64,000 bases of DNA from contig CM069131.1 of assembly GCA_035221665.1 (NCBI GenBank), positions 5,580,001 to 5,644,000 on the forward strand. The letters run 5' to 3'. The first letter of the stretch is position 1; each line of letters opens with the position of its first letter. This DNA comes from Okamejei kenojei (taxonomy: Eukaryota). The notes under the pieces were generated by a model. The model saw only the letters and a program-made list of their open reading frames with translations. It had not been told where the DNA came from and ran no database searches. Shown here one piece after another: positions 59,182 to 64,000 of the stretch. The position numbers and the translations under genes are program-made.

Positions 59182-62100
59182 TAAATGGGTTATTTCTTAT
59201 TAGGTGATTGAGCAATAATGGAGCACATCACAATTCATTTAATTCTATGAATTCTCCAATTTGAAGTTCTGTTGAAATATCATTTCGAACTCCAATTATC
59301 CTGTTGCTCCCACTGAGATTATGTGCTCAATGGATGCACCTGTATAGAGTGGATAGATGTGAGCAGTGGCAGCTCCATTGCAGATGTAGTGCAGTGGCAG
59401 AGGACACCACAGCTATGCTTAGCCAGGCTGGCCCTGGACAATAGGCCTTCATGGTCAGGTCAAGAACCCTGCACTTACAACAACTGGGTCTTGAAAATGG
59501 CGACACTAAATTGCCTCAGTCAGCGTACTACTTACTGCCATACATTTGTACTGTATCTAAGATGCTTATCTAAGGCGTATCTAAGTGCTTATGTATAGTG
59601 ATACGTACTGAATTGTGTACAAAAATAAATTTCACTGTATCTCGGAACATGTCACTTGAAGTTGTGGAATTTAATATTGAGTCCAGAAAGCTGAACTGTG
59701 TCTACATAGAGAATGAGGCACAGTTCCTCAAGCTTGTAACAATGGTGTTTTCTTTACTCAGTATTGAATTCTCCAACTTCAACTAACTTGATTTCTCTTT
59801 ATCAGTCCAGTACATAGAACATAAAGCACAGCACACGACCATAATGTCCATGCTGAAAATGGTGCTGAGTTAAACTAATCTATGCATGGTTGTGATCCAT
59901 ATCCCTTCTCTATACATCCTTGTACCCATCTAAACATCACTATAGATAGACACAAAAAGCTGGAGTAACTCAGCGGGACAGGCAGCAGCTCTGGAGAGAA
60001 GGAATGGGGGACCTTTTGGGTCGAGACCTTTCTTCGTGCCTGCTTGTCCTGCTGAGTTACTCCAGCTTTTTGTGTCTATCTTCGGTTTAAATCAGCATCT
60101 GCAGTTCCTACACTAAACATCACTATAGTACGTATCTGCCTACACCACCATCCCTGGCAGCTCATTCCAGATACCAGCCTCTCCGTGAAACAATTACCCT
60201 TTACATCCCCCTTTAAATCTCCTCTCTCTCACCTTAAATCCATTCCCTCTACTTTTAGACCCCTGCCATTGGAAACAGTTTCTGGCTCTCTATTCCAGTG
60301 TCTCCCATGGCTCCATTGGAAGCTTGAGGCCCAAAACATTTCTCACCAATATCAAAGGAACTTCCTGCAATGCCAAAATCACAATAGCATCCCCCTTGGA
60401 AGCTATAAAGTGAGAACATTATTGAGTGTGCGTTTTGTAAAAAAAAAACTATTTCCAAATGTCTTTACAGCTGCAATTTGCTAGGTATGAGTAATAGTTT
60501 GAAATGGTTGCAGGGCTCTCCATTTTATTGTAAATTGCCTAACTATATGTAACTATTTTATCAATTTGCAACAAATTTACAAGAAAAAGACAATCCTGGC
60601 AGCAATTCGCTGGACATGGTATTCTTCAGTTTCAAACATGCAAGTTGAGCTATGAAGAGGAAGATGACAAGAGAACTTGGTCAGTCTGAACCAGTTGGGC
60701 CGAAGGGCCTCTTCCTGTGCTGTACAGCACATTCTAACTGTCCTATCTATGCTGCTAACAATTGTCTGTACCTCTATCCTGTTACCTCTTATCCTCCTTT
60801 GCTCAAAGGAAAACAGACCCTGCCAATCCAAACTTGCCTTGTAACGCAAACTCTTCAATTATCCAACAGTATCCTCGTGAATCTTTTCTGATCACATCTC
60901 CAACCTAATCACACCTTTCCTGTAGTGTAGTGACCAGAACTGCACACAATATTCCAAGTGTAGCCTATCCAACGTTTTGTGCACTTGTAACATGTCCTCC
61001 TGACTCCTGTACCCAGTGCCATAGCCAGTCAAGTTAAGAATATTTTATAAGGTCATAAGGGATAGGAGATTTAGGCCATTCGGCCCATCGAGTCTACTCC
61101 GCCATTCAATCATGGCTGATCTATCTCTTCCTCCTAACCCCATTCTCCTGCCTTCTCCCCATGACCTCTGACATCTGTACTAATCAAAAAACTATCTATC
61201 TCTGCCGTAAAAGACTCATCTCTACTCCCAAGCCTTTCTTGACGTCCTCCGAGCGAGGGCTATATGTATGTAGTGATGTTTGTATTTAATCTATGAACCA
61301 CTGTTGTTTGTTATACAAATCTTATACCAATGTAAAGCACTTTGGCCTACGAGAGTTGTTTTTTAAATGTGCTATATAAATAAAAGTGACTTGACTTGAA
61401 AGTGACTTAAAAATATCTCTGCCTCCAACTTGGCCTCTGCAGCCTTCTGTGGCAAAGAATTCCATAGAATCACCACCCTCTGACTAAATACATTTCTCCT
61501 CACTTCCTTCCTAAAAGAACGTCCTTTAATTCTAAGGCTAAGACCTCTGGTTCTAGACTCTCCCACTAGCGGAAACATCCTCTCCACATCCATTCTATCC
61601 AAGTCTTTCACTATTCTGCATGTTTCAATGAGGTCCCCCCTCATTCTTCTCAAGTACAGGCCCATGCTGTCAAGCGATCATAATAGGTTTCACTACTCCA
61701 TCAATCTTTGTTGGCACTTTCAAGGAGCTTTGCACTTGTACCCTAAGGTCTCCCTGTTTAACAACATTCCTCATAGCCCTGCAATTCACTGCAAGCATCC
61801 TGCTCTGATTTAACTTCCAAAAACACATCACTTCTCACTAGAATTAGTTAAATTCCATCTGCCACTCCCTTGCCCACTTTCCCAGTTGACTGATATCTTG
61901 TTGTAGCCTTAAACAACCTTCTTCATTATACTAGATCACAAATGTTGGTGTTAACCATAGATTTACTAATCACGTCACCCAAATTCACATCCAACAGCAG
62001 TAGACCAAGCACTAATATATGCAGTACACCATTGACTCAGGCCTCCAATCTGAAAAACAATCCTTTTTCTCCCACCCTTTGCCATTGTCCACCAAGCCAA

Positions 62101-62733
62101 TTTTGTGTGCAGTTTTTTCAGCTCACTCATGAAGCCAGGTGTCGTAACCCGACAGCAGCCTATCATGCAGTCTTTGTCAAAGATCTTTCTAAATTCCATG
62201 TAGCTAACGTTCGCTGCATTGTCCTTGCCCATGCTCTTGGTCACCTCCTCGAAAATCTCAATCAAATTTGTGATTTCCCACATGCAAAGCCATGCTGCCA
62301 ATCTCTAATCAACTTTTCCTGAATACAAATAAATTTAGTCCAGTAAACTTTGGATGCAAGTCTGTGGTTCCCCTGCTTATCCTCGCTGCCCTTGTTTAAA
62401 AAAAAAGGCACATTAGCCTCCCCCCAATCCTCGCACACCTCACCTGTGGCTAACGATGCTACAGAAAATCCCTGTCAGTGTCCCAGTAATCTCCTTGCTT
62501 GCTTCCGTTAAAAACCTAGGATACACCTGGTTCTTGGGGTCTGCATTTCATGACTTCCAAGATTTCCGCGTCTGTACCGTTGATATGCTCCAATTATTGT
62601 TCCATCCCCTGAACTGACAACCTTCCATTTCCTTCTCCATGATAAAGTAACTATTTAAGGTCTCACCAATTTCCCATGACTCCACACATAGATTATTATA
62701 ATGTTTAAGAAGGAACTGCAGATGCTGGAAAAA

Positions 62734-62930
62734 TCAAAAGGTAGACAAAAATGCTGGAGAAAGTCAGCGGGTGAGGCAGCATCCATGGAGTGAAGGAGAT
62801 AGGCAACGTTTCGGGCCGAAACACTTCTTCCGTCTGAAGAAGGGTCTCCACCCGAAACGTCACCTATTCCTTCGCTCCATAGATGCTGCCTCACCCGCTG
62901 AGTTTCTCCAGCATTTTTGTCTACCTTTGA
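62734..62930. repeat. Foldback palindrome built from two inverted Penelope pseudo-LTR halves
   Basis: GGTAGACAAAAATGCTGGAGAAA...GTTTCGGG / CCCGAAAC...TTTCTCCAGCATTTTTGTCTACC; hammerhead-like motif at 62834-62861. Confidence 0.88.
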
Positions 62931-64000
62931 TTATTCTAATGATCCTTGAAAGGTCCTCCTTTCTCCATCATTATCTTTCACTCTTAGTTTAGTTTAATTC
63001 ATTGTTGGCACGTGTACCGAGGCACAGTGAAAAGCTTTTTGTCGCGTGTTTTTCCAGTCAAAGAAAAGACTATATACACATGATTAAAATCAAGCCATCC
63101 GCAGTGCACAGATACAGGATAAAAGGTATAACATTTAGTGCAAGACAAAGTCCGATAAAAGTCAGTTAAAGATCATTCAAAGGTCTCCAATGAGATAGAT
63201 GGGAGGTCAGGACCGCACTTTAGCTAGAGGGAGGACAGTTCATTTGCCTAATAGCTATGAAGAAACTGTCCCTGAATCTGGAGGTATGCGTTTTCAAACA
63301 TCTGTACATCTTGCTTGATGGAGAGGGGAGAAGAGGGAGTGACCTGAGTGAGACTGACGCTTATGTTTGCGGCCTTGCCAAGGCAGTGTGAAGTGTAGAG
63401 GGAGTTTACGTGATGGTCTGGGCTGCATAATTCCCCGCAGTTTCTTGCAGTCTTGGAAGGAGCTGTTCGCAAACCATGCTGTGGTGAATCCCGATAAAAT
63501 GCTTTCTGCAGTGCATCTGTAGAAAGTTGGGGTCATGTAGATTGTTGGGGTCATGTAGATTGTTGGGGTCATGCCAAACTTCCTAAGGAAGTAGAAACTT
63601 TGGTGTGTTTTCTTGGCCGCTGTTTCCACTGTTAATCAATAAGACAGCAGGAATTGTCTCCACTCCAGAATCTAGATCATACCAAGTTCAGTCATCGATT
63701 TGCAGTGCATATTTTGGAGGGTGAAATCCAAGTCACCATTGACTTCTTAACTGCATTAAAGGACTTCTAGTTTACACTGAGCATTCAAGACACGGAGAAC
63801 CTCTACCAGCCAACGCCTGCTGCTGAACACTTTGTTCTGAAAATCAAAATCCTATGACCTAATTTGTCCGTCCTGATCAAATTGTCGGCCGGAGCTACTC
63901 TCATTTGCCTGTGTTTGGGCAGTATCTCTCAAAATCTTTACAGATCCACGTACCTGTCTGAATGTCTTTTAAATATCGTTTCCACCTTTACAGCCTCATC

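Noticed and set aside
60255-60458. Minus-strand ORF as a possible upstream SEC24B exon
   Set aside because: No recognisable SEC24 similarity; partly overlaps a CR1 remnant.

Overview
Vertebrate nuclear DNA. The HE1/V-SINE, CR1 and Penelope repeat mix suggests a cartilaginous fish, probably a skate or ray (inference). The window lies inside one minus-strand gene, SEC24B (COPII cargo adaptor). I traced 17 consecutive GT-AG exons from 54060 down to 3976 (2,270 coding nt, all junction phases compatible), covering the acidic linker, zinc finger, trunk, beta-sandwich and helical domains. I could not find the 5' exons or last exons in the window. The introns are dense with mobile-element relics: CR1, Crack/L2-like, Rex1/Babar and RTE LINEs, V-SINEs, Penelope-like elements carrying minimal hammerhead-ribozyme motifs (often as foldback palindromes), a defective IR/DR Tc1, Harbinger, hAT and Tigger-type MITEs, non-autonomous Helitrons with composite ends, and a Gypsy-like LTR with a CTCF motif. 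I cannot demonstrate a new protein-coding system. The best leads are the hammerhead foldback repeats, the composite Helitrons, two near-perfect local inverted duplications, and inverted MITEs bracketing candidate cassette exons. Repeat boundaries without a stated TSD are approximate, and family names come from motif recognition, not database search.
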